Shown here in pieces: positions 18,619 through 30,800 of a DNA stretch of 64,000 nucleotides (within the stretch, counting starts at the first letter, position 1; each line of letters opens with the position of its first letter). A program made the translations under genes and the position numbers. Under the pieces are notes generated by a model. That model made no database searches. It was given only the letters and a program-made list of their open reading frames with translations, and was not told where the DNA came from. The stretch comes from a virus. Taxonomy: Duplodnaviria > Caudoviricetes. The DNA lies in the IMG/VR virus record IMGVR_UViG_3300027751_000009, positions 1-64,000 of that record; one strand, given 5' to 3'.

Positions 18619-18973
18619 GAATAAAATCAAAAGAATAGATCGTGATACCAGCAAATTGAATTTTGTAATACGTTTTCCAAAAGGAAAGACTTATACAGAT
18701 ATTCAGGATATCATATTTTTGGTAAAAGAAACAGATGCTACTGCATTGGAAAACGCTTTAATTACAAAGCTGATGTCTAATTCAGAAATAGAATTGGTAG
18801 CACCTGAATCAGCATTAGTAAGCTTTACTACGAATGATTACGACCCTTTAGAAATAGCGACTCTTTATAGAGCTGCTTTATTCTGTAAGTGGAATGATAC
18901 AGATGATTTTGATGAAAATGTAGAAAGGCTATTTGACTTTGAAATAACACAAAACTTTCATAATAATAATTAA
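18611..18973 (+). CDS. BppU-N-like tail/fibre adaptor protein
   Basis: 120 aa; pattern FLVKE...ALITK...V.F...D...L....Y resembles BppU N-terminal domains. Confidence 0.45.
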   Translation: MDKNKIKRIDRDTSKLNFVIRFPKGKTYTDIQDIIFLVKETDATALENALITKLMSNSEIELVAPESALVSFTTNDYDPLEIATLYRAALFCKWNDTDDFDENVERLFDFEITQNFHNNN

Positions 18974-18975
18974 AA

Positions 18976-19212
18976 ATGACAGAGTACCTAAAAGATATTA
19001 ATGGTAAAATCAGCATCAAAAGAATTTGGGCTAATAGGCTTATTTGGATTGGTGTAGCGATGAATATCGTTTATTTTATCTTATGGTGCCACGCTTATTA
19101 TAGCGAAAAGAAATTGCTTGAATATCCAACAGAAATGATTTGGGGAATGTTAGGAAGTGGATTAGGTGCCATTGGTTTAACTGTAGTAGAACAAAAAACA
19201 AATATAACGTAG
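18976..19212 (+). CDS. Holin candidate with two transmembrane helices
   Basis: 78 aa with two hydrophobic segments, upstream of the endolysin candidate. Confidence 0.55.
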   Translation: MTEYLKDINGKISIKRIWANRLIWIGVAMNIVYFILWCHAYYSEKKLLEYPTEMIWGMLGSGLGAIGLTVVEQKTNIT

Positions 19213-19236
19213 TAGTAATAATTAATCATCCCAATA

Positions 19237-19551
19237 ATGACACAAGAAAAAAAACAACAATTGAAAGAGATATTGCCAACATGGCTAACATTAGGAAACA
19301 TGATTTTGTTAATAGGCTTATTCTATGCAAGAGGACAAACAGATGAAGGTATGAGAAAAGACATTATTAATAATTCGAAAGAAATCATAGAAATTAGTCG
19401 TAAAATAGAAACGCATAAAAGCTCTGCTTATGAACATAGGTCTATGGATGATTTAATGATTAAATTTGTTCCGAGAGAGGAATTAAAAGCGACACTTGAT
19501 AATATTGTAAAATCCCAAGACGAGATAAAGCAATTAATTAAAGAAAAATAA
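19237..19551 (+). CDS. Single-TM membrane protein of the lysis cassette
   Basis: N-terminal TM (WLTLGNMILLIGLFYA) followed by a coiled coil. Confidence 0.5.
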   Translation: MTQEKKQQLKEILPTWLTLGNMILLIGLFYARGQTDEGMRKDIINNSKEIIEISRKIETHKSSAYEHRSMDDLMIKFVPREELKATLDNIVKSQDEIKQLIKEK

Positions 19552-19557
19552 TAAGTT

Positions 19558-19998
19558 ATGAAACCAATCGTGAAAGTACATAGATTTTGGCAAGATGAAA
19601 ATCAAACATCAGGAAATATTACTGTTATTAGTGCTGATGATAATTTTCCATTATATGCTTCTTTAGGTTTAGAAAGAGGCTGGAAAAATAATCAGAACAA
19701 TATTAGTTGTATTCCTATTGGAACATATCAATTAAAGTTAGAATACTCACCGAGATTTAAAACAGACCTTTGGGAAGTTAAAGGTGTTCCGGGAAGAGCT
19801 GAATGCAAATTTCACGCAAGTAATTACTGGTTTCAATTAAACGGTTGCATAGCACCAGGTTTAAGATATAAAAATATGAACAACGACAATTATCGTGATG
19901 TTACTAATAGTTCTGATTCATTAAGAGCATTTCACGAAGCACTAAAACCCCATACGGAAGCAATTTTAATTATAACAGGAGAACACAAAATTAAATAG
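19558..19998 (+). CDS. DUF5675-family protein (L,D-transpeptidase-like), putative endolysin
   Basis: LERGWKNN..NISCIP.G.Y...SPRF...WEV.GVPGR...FH..N....GCI signature. Confidence 0.75.
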   Translation: MKPIVKVHRFWQDENQTSGNITVISADDNFPLYASLGLERGWKNNQNNISCIPIGTYQLKLEYSPRFKTDLWEVKGVPGRAECKFHASNYWFQLNGCIAPGLRYKNMNNDNYRDVTNSSDSLRAFHEALKPHTEAILIITGEHKIK

Positions 19999-19999
19999 T

Positions 20000-20101
20000 A
20001 TGAAAGAGGTTAAACGTTATTTAGTAAACTTAACAAGAGTAGATAAAGTTATTCTCATAATCTCTTTAATGTTATTAATATTTTTAATAAAAGAAATATG
20101 A
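20000..20101 (+). CDS. 33-aa single-TM protein, not in the ORF track
   Basis: MKEVKRYLVNLTRVDKVILIISLMLLIFLIKEI; its TGA overlaps the next ATG (ATGA). Confidence 0.55.
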   Translation: MKEVKRYLVNLTRVDKVILIISLMLLIFLIKEI

Positions 20102-20466
20102 AAGTAAAATTCGCAAATCGTTCAGAGAAATTATTAGTGATAGCAGCTTTTATAGTTTTAACTCTGATAACTTTAACAGCTATTCAATCAACAAGGAATA
20201 AATCTTTACGTGATACCATAAAAAGAAACACTGTTATTGTAAAAGAGCTTGAAGCTGTAAATGAAGATTTGATGGAACAGATAGATATCTCTGAAACATC
20301 AAAAGAAATTATGTTCCAGAAAATGGATAGTGTAGAGAAAAGTGAAACTTATTTTAAAAACAAGTATTATGCAACAAATGAAAAACTTAAAAGTATTCTT
20401 GGTAATTATAATAGCTCTTCTAATGCTACCAAAAATGAGCTATTCACAAACGCTGTCAATAACTGA
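20098..20466 (+). CDS. Inner-membrane spanin-like protein
   Basis: N-terminal TM plus coiled coil; in the lysis cassette; overlapped by the next gene. Confidence 0.55.
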   Translation: MKVKFANRSEKLLVIAAFIVLTLITLTAIQSTRNKSLRDTIKRNTVIVKELEAVNEDLMEQIDISETSKEIMFQKMDSVEKSETYFKNKYYATNEKLKSILGNYNSSSNATKNELFTNAVNN

Positions 20467-20782
20467 AGTACAGAGAGATAGTATTTTTAATAAGATACAA
20501 AGAGGTGTTATCAATGCTGAACGTGTAGTTCATTTAAGAAGTGCTTTAAATTCTTGTGACTCTGTAAAGAAAATACAAACAGATATCATAGGAGTACTTG
20601 AATTTCAGAATAAAACAAAAGACATTATCATAACTAATAACCAGGTTATGATAAAATTATTAAAAGAGAATGCTACACTTGAAAAAAAGAGAGGTCGTAA
20701 GAAAGCCTTTTGGAGTTTTATTAAAGGAGTAGGAGTAGGAGCTGGGTTAGCTACTGCAGCAATAATTGTAATAAGTATATAA
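20369..20782 (+). CDS. Secreted coiled-coil protein overlapping the i-spanin-like gene (spanin partner candidate)
   Basis: Signal-peptide-like N-terminus (start 20369 or 20378), coiled coil, hydrophobic C-terminus; no lipobox Cys. Confidence 0.5.
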   Translation: MQQMKNLKVFLVIIIALLMLPKMSYSQTLSITEVQRDSIFNKIQRGVINAERVVHLRSALNSCDSVKKIQTDIIGVLEFQNKTKDIIITNNQVMIKLLKENATLEKKRGRKKAFWSFIKGVGVGAGLATAAIIVISI

Positions 20783-20783
20783 G

Positions 20784-21362
20784 ATGGCAATAATCAAATT
20801 TAAAATAACAAGACTACCTAAACGAGCTATTCTAAAAGTAGATGCTGTTCCAATGGTATTAGGTCAAGAATATACGATACCTCAACAAGCTCAAATGACT
20901 TGTGATGTTTCAGACTTAGGTGTTCCTTATGATGATTTTGGTTATAAATTAGGTAACGATAAAAATATTTGGAGTGCTGAATATAAGTGTACTGTAAATG
21001 CAAATGTAGATACAGGTGCTTTCATTATCACTAATGAAGTCTTTGATGTTACTATCAATAATACAACAGCTATTCCTATTACGTTAGAGGACCAAGTAGA
21101 CAGAATAACTATAGTTTCTCATAGTCCAAAATACGGAGAGCTTCTTATCAATGGTAGTCAAGCTATATTGGGTAAAACATATATGAGATATAATTATTTC
21201 AACCTACAATTTAGCTCTAATGCTAATTTGGACACGCAAAATATAGAGTCAATATTATCATATACAAAAGGAAATAAAAATGGTACCTCATCAGCGTGTA
21301 CTTATACTTTTAAGACCACATCGAATTTATCAGGAAGTATTAATGGAATAGCAACAACATAA
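20784..21362 (+). CDS. Putative tail/fibre structural protein
   Basis: 192 aa, beta-rich; ends in a partial SNG-type repeat (LSGSINGIATT). Confidence 0.5.
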   Translation: MAIIKFKITRLPKRAILKVDAVPMVLGQEYTIPQQAQMTCDVSDLGVPYDDFGYKLGNDKNIWSAEYKCTVNANVDTGAFIITNEVFDVTINNTTAIPITLEDQVDRITIVSHSPKYGELLINGSQAILGKTYMRYNYFNLQFSSNANLDTQNIESILSYTKGNKNGTSSACTYTFKTTSNLSGSINGIATT

Positions 21363-21364
21363 TC

Positions 21365-21856
21365 ATGAGCACACTTATAGGAAAAACAATAGTAGAAGAA
21401 GTAGGTAGTTCATTATATAGCTTTCCTCATGCGAACGCATATTATGAAAATAATGTTACAGAAACAGTTATAATTTCAATAGGAGCATTTATCAAACCAG
21501 CAGGAAGTTGGCTGTCATCAATCTCAGAAGAGTTTACTGTAAATGGTACAGGAAAAATGACTTACAATGGAACAATTCCAAAGCATTTTCATATTGTTTC
21601 TAATTTTGATATGACCACTTCATCTAATAGTCAGGTAATAGCTTTTAAATGGTTTAAAAACGGAACAACACCTTTACCGGCTCAGGTAAAAAGAAAAGTT
21701 GGTACAGGTTCGGATTTAGGTGCTGGTTCAGTACATGCAGATGCAATGCTTAATCAAAATGATTATGTAGAATTAAAAGTAGCAAACACTACTTCAATAA
21801 CTAATATAACATTACAAAATGTATATTGTTTTGTTATGGGTATGCCAATGATATAA
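21365..21856 (+). CDS. C1q/TNF(BclA-C)-like jelly-roll virion protein
   Basis: 163 aa; F.V.G.GK.TY.G...H.V...F.WFKNG...L.QNDYVEL.V pattern. Confidence 0.5.
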   Translation: MSTLIGKTIVEEVGSSLYSFPHANAYYENNVTETVIISIGAFIKPAGSWLSSISEEFTVNGTGKMTYNGTIPKHFHIVSNFDMTTSSNSQVIAFKWFKNGTTPLPAQVKRKVGTGSDLGAGSVHADAMLNQNDYVELKVANTTSITNITLQNVYCFVMGMPMI

Positions 21857-21866
21857 ATAAAAGATT

Positions 21867-24800
21867 ATGGAATTAAATTTCGAACAATTACATCTGTTTG
21901 TAGAGGGAATGAAAAGTTCCAGAGAACAAAATGCAGAAGAGCCAAGTTCTTATGAATATGGTTTAAATGGTAGATTATATTCTGAAAATGGGAAGCTATC
22001 TTATTCTTCTATAAAAGGAACTGTTCCTATTTATAACAATCCTAAAATCATAAAGTATTTAGGGTTTTATGCTTTTCCTGATGAATTATTGTTACTTGTA
22101 AAGTATGATGAAAATGCTACAGCCAATTTAACATCAGAAATTTCAACACAAATTATAGCAAATGATATTTCTATCAATCTTGATTTTGGAACTACACAAT
22201 ATGTATTCAGTAATGAATTAAGTATAGGCGCTATTGAAAATATAAATCAAGCTACTGTTCAATCTTCTCCACAACCTGTAGAACCATTAACAGAAAATTA
22301 CAATCAATCTGGTGAAATCAAAACGATTGATTTTAACGAGTATTATTTACTAAGTGGTAAAACAGTACCAAATTATCAAATATGCACATTAGGTAACGCT
22401 AATACTATTCCTGAATACAACAAACAGTACTCTGATGCTTTTATAGTTTTAAAGAATGATGGTTATCATGCTTTTAAAGGTAGATTAGCCTGGAAAGGAA
22501 ATCTAAATTGGGATATAAATCGTAAGATAACAACAGTAGGAATTGATGAGGGTATTCATTACAAGCGTGTATATTTTACAGATAACTTAAATCCTTTACG
22601 TGTTATCAATTTAAAAGACAAAAATTTATTCTATAGAACATCAGAAGAATTTAATGTATTACAAGATGCTACATTATTACAACCTAAAGTAAGAAAAATT
22701 ACTGAAGGAGGTTCTATAAAGGCTATGTCTGTACAATATGCGTATCGTTTAATGACTGACAATGGACAAGTGACTTCTTTTTCTCCTTTTTCAGAACTTA
22801 TAAAAATAGTAAAAGATGAAGATGGTTATGATTTTGCAGGTGGTGCAATTGATAGTTTAACCTCTAAACGTGTAGAATTAGATTGCCCTATAATTTCAAC
22901 ACTATATTCAAAAGTTCAATGTATAGCTATAGAATTTAAAACTGATAGCACACCTACGTCTTTTAGAAATTTAGGAATACAAAATGTTGATAGTGTTGTT
23001 TCTTTTATCCACAGTGGAAATGAAAGTGAATTAGAAGATATTTTAACTATAGAAGAAGTTATTGAAACTAAACACATCTGGACATATTGTAATGATATAA
23101 CTATTAAAAATAACAAATTAATAGCAGCAGGACTTAGAAACAAACCTTATTCTCTTCAAGAAAAATATGTAGAAGATTTATTCTTATTTAAAGGTTGGGA
23201 TGAATTAGGTGCATCTCATGATAATGCTTTAATAAATCCAACTCCTACTACATATAAATATTTTGATCCTACATATACTGGGGATATGATATATGTAGAG
23301 AAACAATTATATACTCGTTTCCTATTTTTTGGAAATGTAACATTGACTTTAAATAACAAGTTAAATCCAAATATTAGAGAGTCTATAACTTTTAAAAGCA
23401 GTGCTGACCAATATATAGATTATACATTAGATGTTGGGGCTTGGTTAAAAGGATTAAGTGCTGGAAAGTTAGAATTGTTTCCAAATCTAAAAATAGAACA
23501 AATAGATTACTCTATTTTATTTAGTCCTATAGACGAGCTTATAAAAACTAATATGTCTAACTATTATTTTACAACTTCTGTAACACAAGTTATTATAGAT
23601 TTTGAAAATCAATATAGCATATTAGACACAGCTGTTAATCCTTCAGCTTTAGTTTTTGGAGCTCAAAGTATTGGCTTTAATCAAGGAACAGGTATAAGAG
23701 TTAGTTTCGAACAGCAGGAAGAAGCTATTTTAAATAAGTCACCAGAATTATATGATGGTGGAGAGCTTTTAAAATTACAAACACCATCTTTAAAAAAGAC
23801 TTTTGTAAAAGATGAAATATACCGTTTAGGAATACAATGCTATAAATCAGGCTCACCTCTATTTACAATCGTATGTGGAGATATTAAAACACCAGCTGTA
23901 GGAGAGTTAGATTATAAGAACCAATCTGATGATGGAAATCAATTATTCGTACATAGACTTGAATTAAAAGTTGAGGTAAGAATACCATGTGAATTTAAAG
24001 ACTATATAGACTCTTATCAGATTGTTTATGTGGAACGTACAGAAAACAATAGGACTATTTTAGCACAAGGATTAGCTGGTCCACTTATTAGATTAGCAAC
24101 TATAAACCACCCTTCTGTTAATGGTACAGCATATGCGCCTGATGTATATGATAAATGGACACTTCCTTTCAATGGTGGGCCTTTATATTCAGTTAATGGC
24201 TTATTGACTTATACTATGTTAGGTGAGAATTGGGATGATTTTGAAGAATGGTCAGATGATTGGGGTGATACTTCAGATATACGCCAAAGAGTTTTCACAC
24301 GTGAAATTGTAAATAGAAGAATGTTTTATTTTGATTCTCCTGATGCTATTTATTCTAAAATTTCAGACCGTAATTTTAAAAATGGAAAGATAGAAGTCTT
24401 AGGTAGAGTGAATACAGACCATACAGGACATCTTATTAGAAGTCGTTTTCCTGGAGATGAAATTCACCCAGCTTATGTTCTTGACGTAGGCACTGGCATT
24501 GGACTTACATTTGTCAGTGTGCCTCCTGGATTTCAAGAAAGTGAAATTTATAAATCATTGGCTTATTCTAAAAAGATAGGTTATACAAATGTTAGTGGTA
24601 CAAGTTCATCTAAACCATATCACGTCAATGTAAGTGTATTCTCACAATTTACATTAGATAAAAAAACAATAGAAATAGATAAGACTACAGATTTATTAGC
24701 TAAAGGTGAAGTGTTACCATCAGCGATATTAGGAACTTCATTTGATATTTCAAATATGGCTTTAACATTATTTGCTCAAAATGCTTATAACAGTTCACTA

Positions 24801-27800
24801 TTTTTAAGTGCTGTTTATCATGATAGGTTACAGCGGATATTATGTGGTTCACATAAATCCTCAAATAATAGTGAAGGATATCCATCTATATTTATTCGTG
24901 CTAAAGAAGATGTTTTTACAGATGATTTTATAGGTGCGCATAGATACAATCCAATAAAATCTAAACCTCATACTTGGGAAGGTGTAAGTAAGCTTGTAGA
25001 TATTAATGGAGATTTAACAACTGAAGGTGTTCCCTCTACTGATGCACATGCTATTATCAATATAAAAATGGATAATGAAGGTAGCATATATGGAGGAAGA
25101 ACAAAGTATGCTTTTTCTAAAAATGTATTTATACCATTGAGTGAAGTTATTCCATTAAAAGGAGCTACAGGAGATAACCAATCACAAAAATTTAATGTGC
25201 AAGGAGATTTTTATGTATCATTATTTTTAAGAACAAAAAATGACTACTCAAATGCTTTACCTCCAGAAAAACACGATATGCATCAAAACAATAATTATGT
25301 TGACGAGCATTATTTTGCTTCAATAGATGATTGGAACAGAGGTGGTGCATGGGCTTATGCTGTAGTTTTAGAAACAGAAATAGAAAGTAGATTAGCAGAT
25401 AGCTATCGTTTTTATAGAGCATCAGGTGGTGTTAATTTTGATTTAGGTATTAATGAATTTATCAATTCAGCATACTATAAGAAAAATGATTTAAGAAAAT
25501 ACATACCGGTTCCATTTAATTTTAAAGATGATCCTTTAATGGTAAGTAGTATATCAGCATCTAAAACAAAATTAACAGGAGATTATGTTGATGCTTGGAC
25601 TACATTCTTACTATATGAGTTCTATGAATTAGAAAAAAGTAAAGGTATCATTACCAATATAACAAATTGGAAAGATGAAATCTTTGCTATTCAAGAATAT
25701 GAAACCAATCAAATAAATGTTGATACTACTAATTTTGTAACAACTAATGAAGGTCAAAGTGTAGCTATACAAAAAGGAACAGGCTCTACTTTTACAAATC
25801 ATAAGAAAGTAAGTGATTTTGGTACTTCTATTCGTAGAGCTTTAGCAGAGGGAGAATTTGGGTTTAGCTTTATAGATGAGAAGAACAAAGCTTTCGTAAA
25901 ATTCGGAGAAAGTCTTAGTTTACCTTTAGAGATACAATTAAAACTACAAGAATTATTCCAATACAATAAGATTATAGATACAGAAGGTTACTATGATGTA
26001 AAATATAAAGAGACAAACATTCGTATTCGTACAGAAAGTGGTCTTACTTATCTACTATCATACAATGAACTTTTACAAAAATTCAATGGTTGGTTAGCTT
26101 ATGATAATGACATTTATATCACTTATGACAAACGTGTGTTTGCACCATCTTGTCAAATCAGAACTGTTGTTTTAGAATTGCCAGAAATTTCAAGTAATCT
26201 ACAAGTGGAAATGCAAGTAGGAAAATATTCTGAATATCAGATAACTGTTGCTGAAGAAGTTTCAGGAAAAGGAACAGCACCAAAACCAGTTAGCTATACA
26301 GCTACGAATTTACCTGATGGATTAAATATCAATATCAATACAGGATTGATTTATGGAGTTCCTACTACAGTCGGTACTTACAATGTTCCTATTGTCGTAA
26401 CAAATAGCGTAGGAGTTTCACAAGTAATATTGATAGTTATTGTAAACCCAGCTACATTAGTTGGAGAAACTAATAGTAGTTCAGAAGTTATAGGAGTACT
26501 TAGTTATTTAGAAACTGTAAATATTGAAGGTATTTCAAATGGTCAAGCTGATGTTTATGGTAAGCTAAAAGCTAAAGGTTTATTAGAGGTTACTATTAAC
26601 GGTATAGCTACCACAAATGGAACTCTTATAGGTAGAGCATATTTCGATGAAGATATAAATGGTAGTAGTACTGTCACAGGTCAAATACAAGCCATAGGAA
26701 GTCTTTTGGGAATATCTAATGGCGTAGCATCAGTTGTAGGAGAAATCACTGGTAAGAGCTTTATTTACGGTATTTCAAATAATGTAGCAACAGTAGTAGG
26801 AGTATTATTACAACCATTAGAATTTACAGGTTATGCAACTACATATGATATTACTAACGATTGTAGAATATTAGTAACTGGTACATTCTCTCAATATGGT
26901 ACACCACATTCAAAACAAACTGTTAATGATATTGCAATTATTGATAGCTGTGGTAATTTAGATGAAACATTCAATGCGAATATAGGTCTTGGGTTCAATG
27001 ACTTTATGTATTGGGGTTATGGTTCTGCAATAAGTCACGATGGCTCTATATTTGTTGGTGGTTCATTTACTACCTTTAATGGAGTTAGCACAAATAGACT
27101 TGTCAAATTAAATCCTGATGGAACAAGAGATTGGTCTTTTGATATAGGAACAGGTTTCAATAAAGCCTCTGCTATACCACTTATAAATAAAGATGGTAGT
27201 GTATTCTATTTCGGTAGATTCGATACTTACAAAGGTGCGTGGAGAGGTCAAATAGTCAAACTAACTCCTAATGGAACAATAGACTATTCATTCAGTGGTT
27301 ACTTTACGAGCAATATCCCTATACAGTTAATGGATGTTGGATATAACCAAATGATAGCTCATGGATATACTGTTGGATATAATGGTAGCTATATCCCTCA
27401 TATCGTTAGAATAGATAAAACAACAGGTCAACGAGATTGGACTTTTAATGTGCCAGTAGGACCTAACATTGCCGGAGAAGGAAAAGTAATGTTCAGTTTT
27501 GTCGATGGAGAAAAAATTATAATGCTTAGTCAATTCTTTACTCAATGGGATAATTTACCGGCTGGTGGTATTGTAAGGTTAAATAGAAATGGTTCAAGAG
27601 ATGAAACATTTGTTACAGGTACAGGTTTCACTGGTGGAGTAGTTTATAAAGGTGCTGTATTTGAAGGAAAATATATTATATCTGGTACGTTTACTGCATA
27701 CAATGGAACACCTTGTCCTCGATTGGTACGATTAAATCAAGATGGTTCATTAGATAATACATTCAATTGGAATAATAATTATGGTGATTATGGACCTTAC

Positions 27801-30800
27801 AATATGGTTGTAATGGGTGAGAACATTTATGTTTCTGAAGCAAGAGGTGCTGGAACAGCACAGTATCTGTTAGTTGTAGATAGAGATGGTAATGCTAAGA
27901 GAATGAAGAAAAACCCTAATAAGTGTATTCCTTTCTCTTGTGGTAGTAGATTAAAAGGTGTTATTTATGCAAAAACATATCCTTATGGTATTTTAGGTGT
28001 TAGACCTAACGACCAAATAATAGGAGTAAGTAATGGTAGTGCTGTAGTAAGTGCTGATATAATTGACATGCCTAATCCAAACTTAATGGTAGGAGCAAGT
28101 AATAGTAGTTCTACAGCAGAATTATATGTAATTACTTTTGATACAACTTGGAATGTTAATTTGAGTGGTGGTCAGTCTTCTCCATCCGGTACATTATATT
28201 TTCCTCTAAATATTGAAGAAACTTATGATTTCATTATAGAATGGGGTGATGGAACATCAGATAGACTTACTAATGCTGGTCAAGCTGATAGACATCATAC
28301 TTATGTTAGTACTGGAACAAGTATTTATAATGTAAAAATAAATGGTATTATTCCTTTTCATTTTATTTTTGCAGCTTATGGTGTAACTTATACTGATGCA
28401 GCAAAATTAATATCTGTTGATAGATTTGGTCCTATGAAATTTTCTCAATTTGGAAGAACATTTAACGGTTGTATGAATTTAACAACTTTAGCTGATGATC
28501 CTAATTTTGAAACATTTACAAGTGGTGAACTTGTATTTCAAGATAATGAAAAATTAGTATCAGATATTACTAATTGGGATACGAGTAGAGTAACTACTAT
28601 GAAAGGAATGTTTTCATACACCTCTAATTTCAATCAAGATATTACTAATTGGGATACAAGTAATGTAACGAATATGGAAGATATGTTCTTAAGTTGTTAT
28701 GATTTTAGTATAAATCTTTTTGGGTTAGATGTTAGTAAGGTTACAAATACTAACCACATGTTTTACAAATGTTTTAAATTTAATGGTACAGTACCAGCAT
28801 TTGGTCCTCTTTTGCAGAGTGCAATTCGAATGTTTTATGACTGTACAATATTCAACCAACCTTTAAGTCATTTAGATGTAAGTGGATTGCAAAACGCAAA
28901 TAGTATGTTTCTAGCTTGTACAACTTTTAATCAAGATATTAGCGGTTGGAGACCTCAAATTACAAATGCAAATAGTATGTTTAATTATACTCCATTTTTC
29001 AATTCAGATCTTAATGATTGGGATATGAGTAATTGTGAAGAAATGACCTCAATGTTTAGTGGTTCAGCCTTTAATAAACCATTAAATCTTTGGAATACAA
29101 GTAGTTTAAAACTTACTCGATTTATGTTTGACTATAATCAGGTCTTTAATCAAGATATTAGTAGTTGGGATATGAGAAAAGTAGAAGACGCAGAAGCCAT
29201 GTTTCAATATGCTAATGCTTTTAATCAAGACCTTAGTGGTTGGCAGTTTGAAAATTTAAAACATGCAGGCTTTATGGCTGGTAACAAAGGATATACTGAT
29301 GAATGGAATTTCTCTAAATTAGAGACTGTTAGACGCTTCTTTGGAGATGTTTATAAAGGAGACCTAAATAAATTTGATATAAGTAATATAACAGACTTTA
29401 CTTGGATTTTTGGAGGAAGTAATATTAATAAAGATTTTTCAAGTTGGGATGTTAGTCATGTAACTACAATCAATTTTTTTGCAGGAAATAACGCTGCTTT
29501 CAATCAACCTTTAAATCATTGGGATGTTAGTAATGTTACAGATATGAGTCAAGCATTTTGGAATACACCATCTTTTAAACAAGATATTAGTGACTGGAAT
29601 ATTAGTAATGTTACAAATATATCTACATTCTTTGGTGGTACTACTAATTACCCTACACATCTTGTTGATGCTTGTATAATAAAATGGAGTCAATTACCTT
29701 CTTTAAAAATCACTAGCATAACATTTGGAATTGGGAAGCATTCTGAAGCTTCGGTAGCTGCAAAAGCATTACTATTAAGTAATGGTGTAAATGTTACTAC
29801 TGGTGGTTTGATGGCTGGAAAATGGTGTATAGGGAAATCTATAAAAGCTAAAGCTACAACAATAGGCTCTTTAAGACAAACAGTATCTATGGCCGCTACT
29901 TCAAACGGATTAGCTACTATAGATAACACTATGATAAGATTAGGAATATTATCAATACAAGGAATTTCTAATGGTTTAAGTACAAGTTCACTTGCTACAA
30001 ATCCTTTTATCCTTGAAGTTACAACTACTACACAAAACCAAAATGTGATATTGCCTCTTGCTAAAACTTATAATTATGCTACTAATACAAGTCTTGTAGT
30101 TGAGTCAAATGTTGATTGGGGTGATGGTGTTGAACAATATATTGAGTCTAATACTTCTCTTAATAAATCTCACATTTATGCTGAACCAGGAGTTTATCAA
30201 GTTAAACTAACAGGAAGAATAGATGCTTTATATCCACTTAGTTATGGAAATACTAATAGTGCCTTTACTGATATAATTCAATGGGGAACTAATGAATTTA
30301 AAGAATTAACAGGAGCATTTAAAGGTTATCCAAATTTAAAATCTACAGGAGTAGGACCAATATTTTTTTCAGGAGAACATCTTACAGGTTTATTTCAAGA
30401 TTCTACTTTAATAACTTCTGTATCTGAAAATTTATTTACTAAATGTCCAAATTTAAAATCAAATGCTTTTAAACAAACATTTAAAAATTGTAGATTAACA
30501 ACAATTCATGAAGACTTATTTAAATCTAATACTGGAGTTTATAATTCAGCTTTTTATGAAACTTTTAAAGATAATAAGTTAATTTCAATACCTGAAAATT
30601 TATTCAGATATAATACAGAAGTACATGATTATGCATTCTATGGTACTTTTCAAAATAATGAAATAACAACAATACCAGTTGATTTATTTAAGTATAATAC
30701 TAAAGCATTAAATTATACTTTTACACATACGTTTAATGGTAATTCACTTTTAACAGTAATTCCAGATAATATTTTCACGAATTTCAAAGGTACATTAGCT

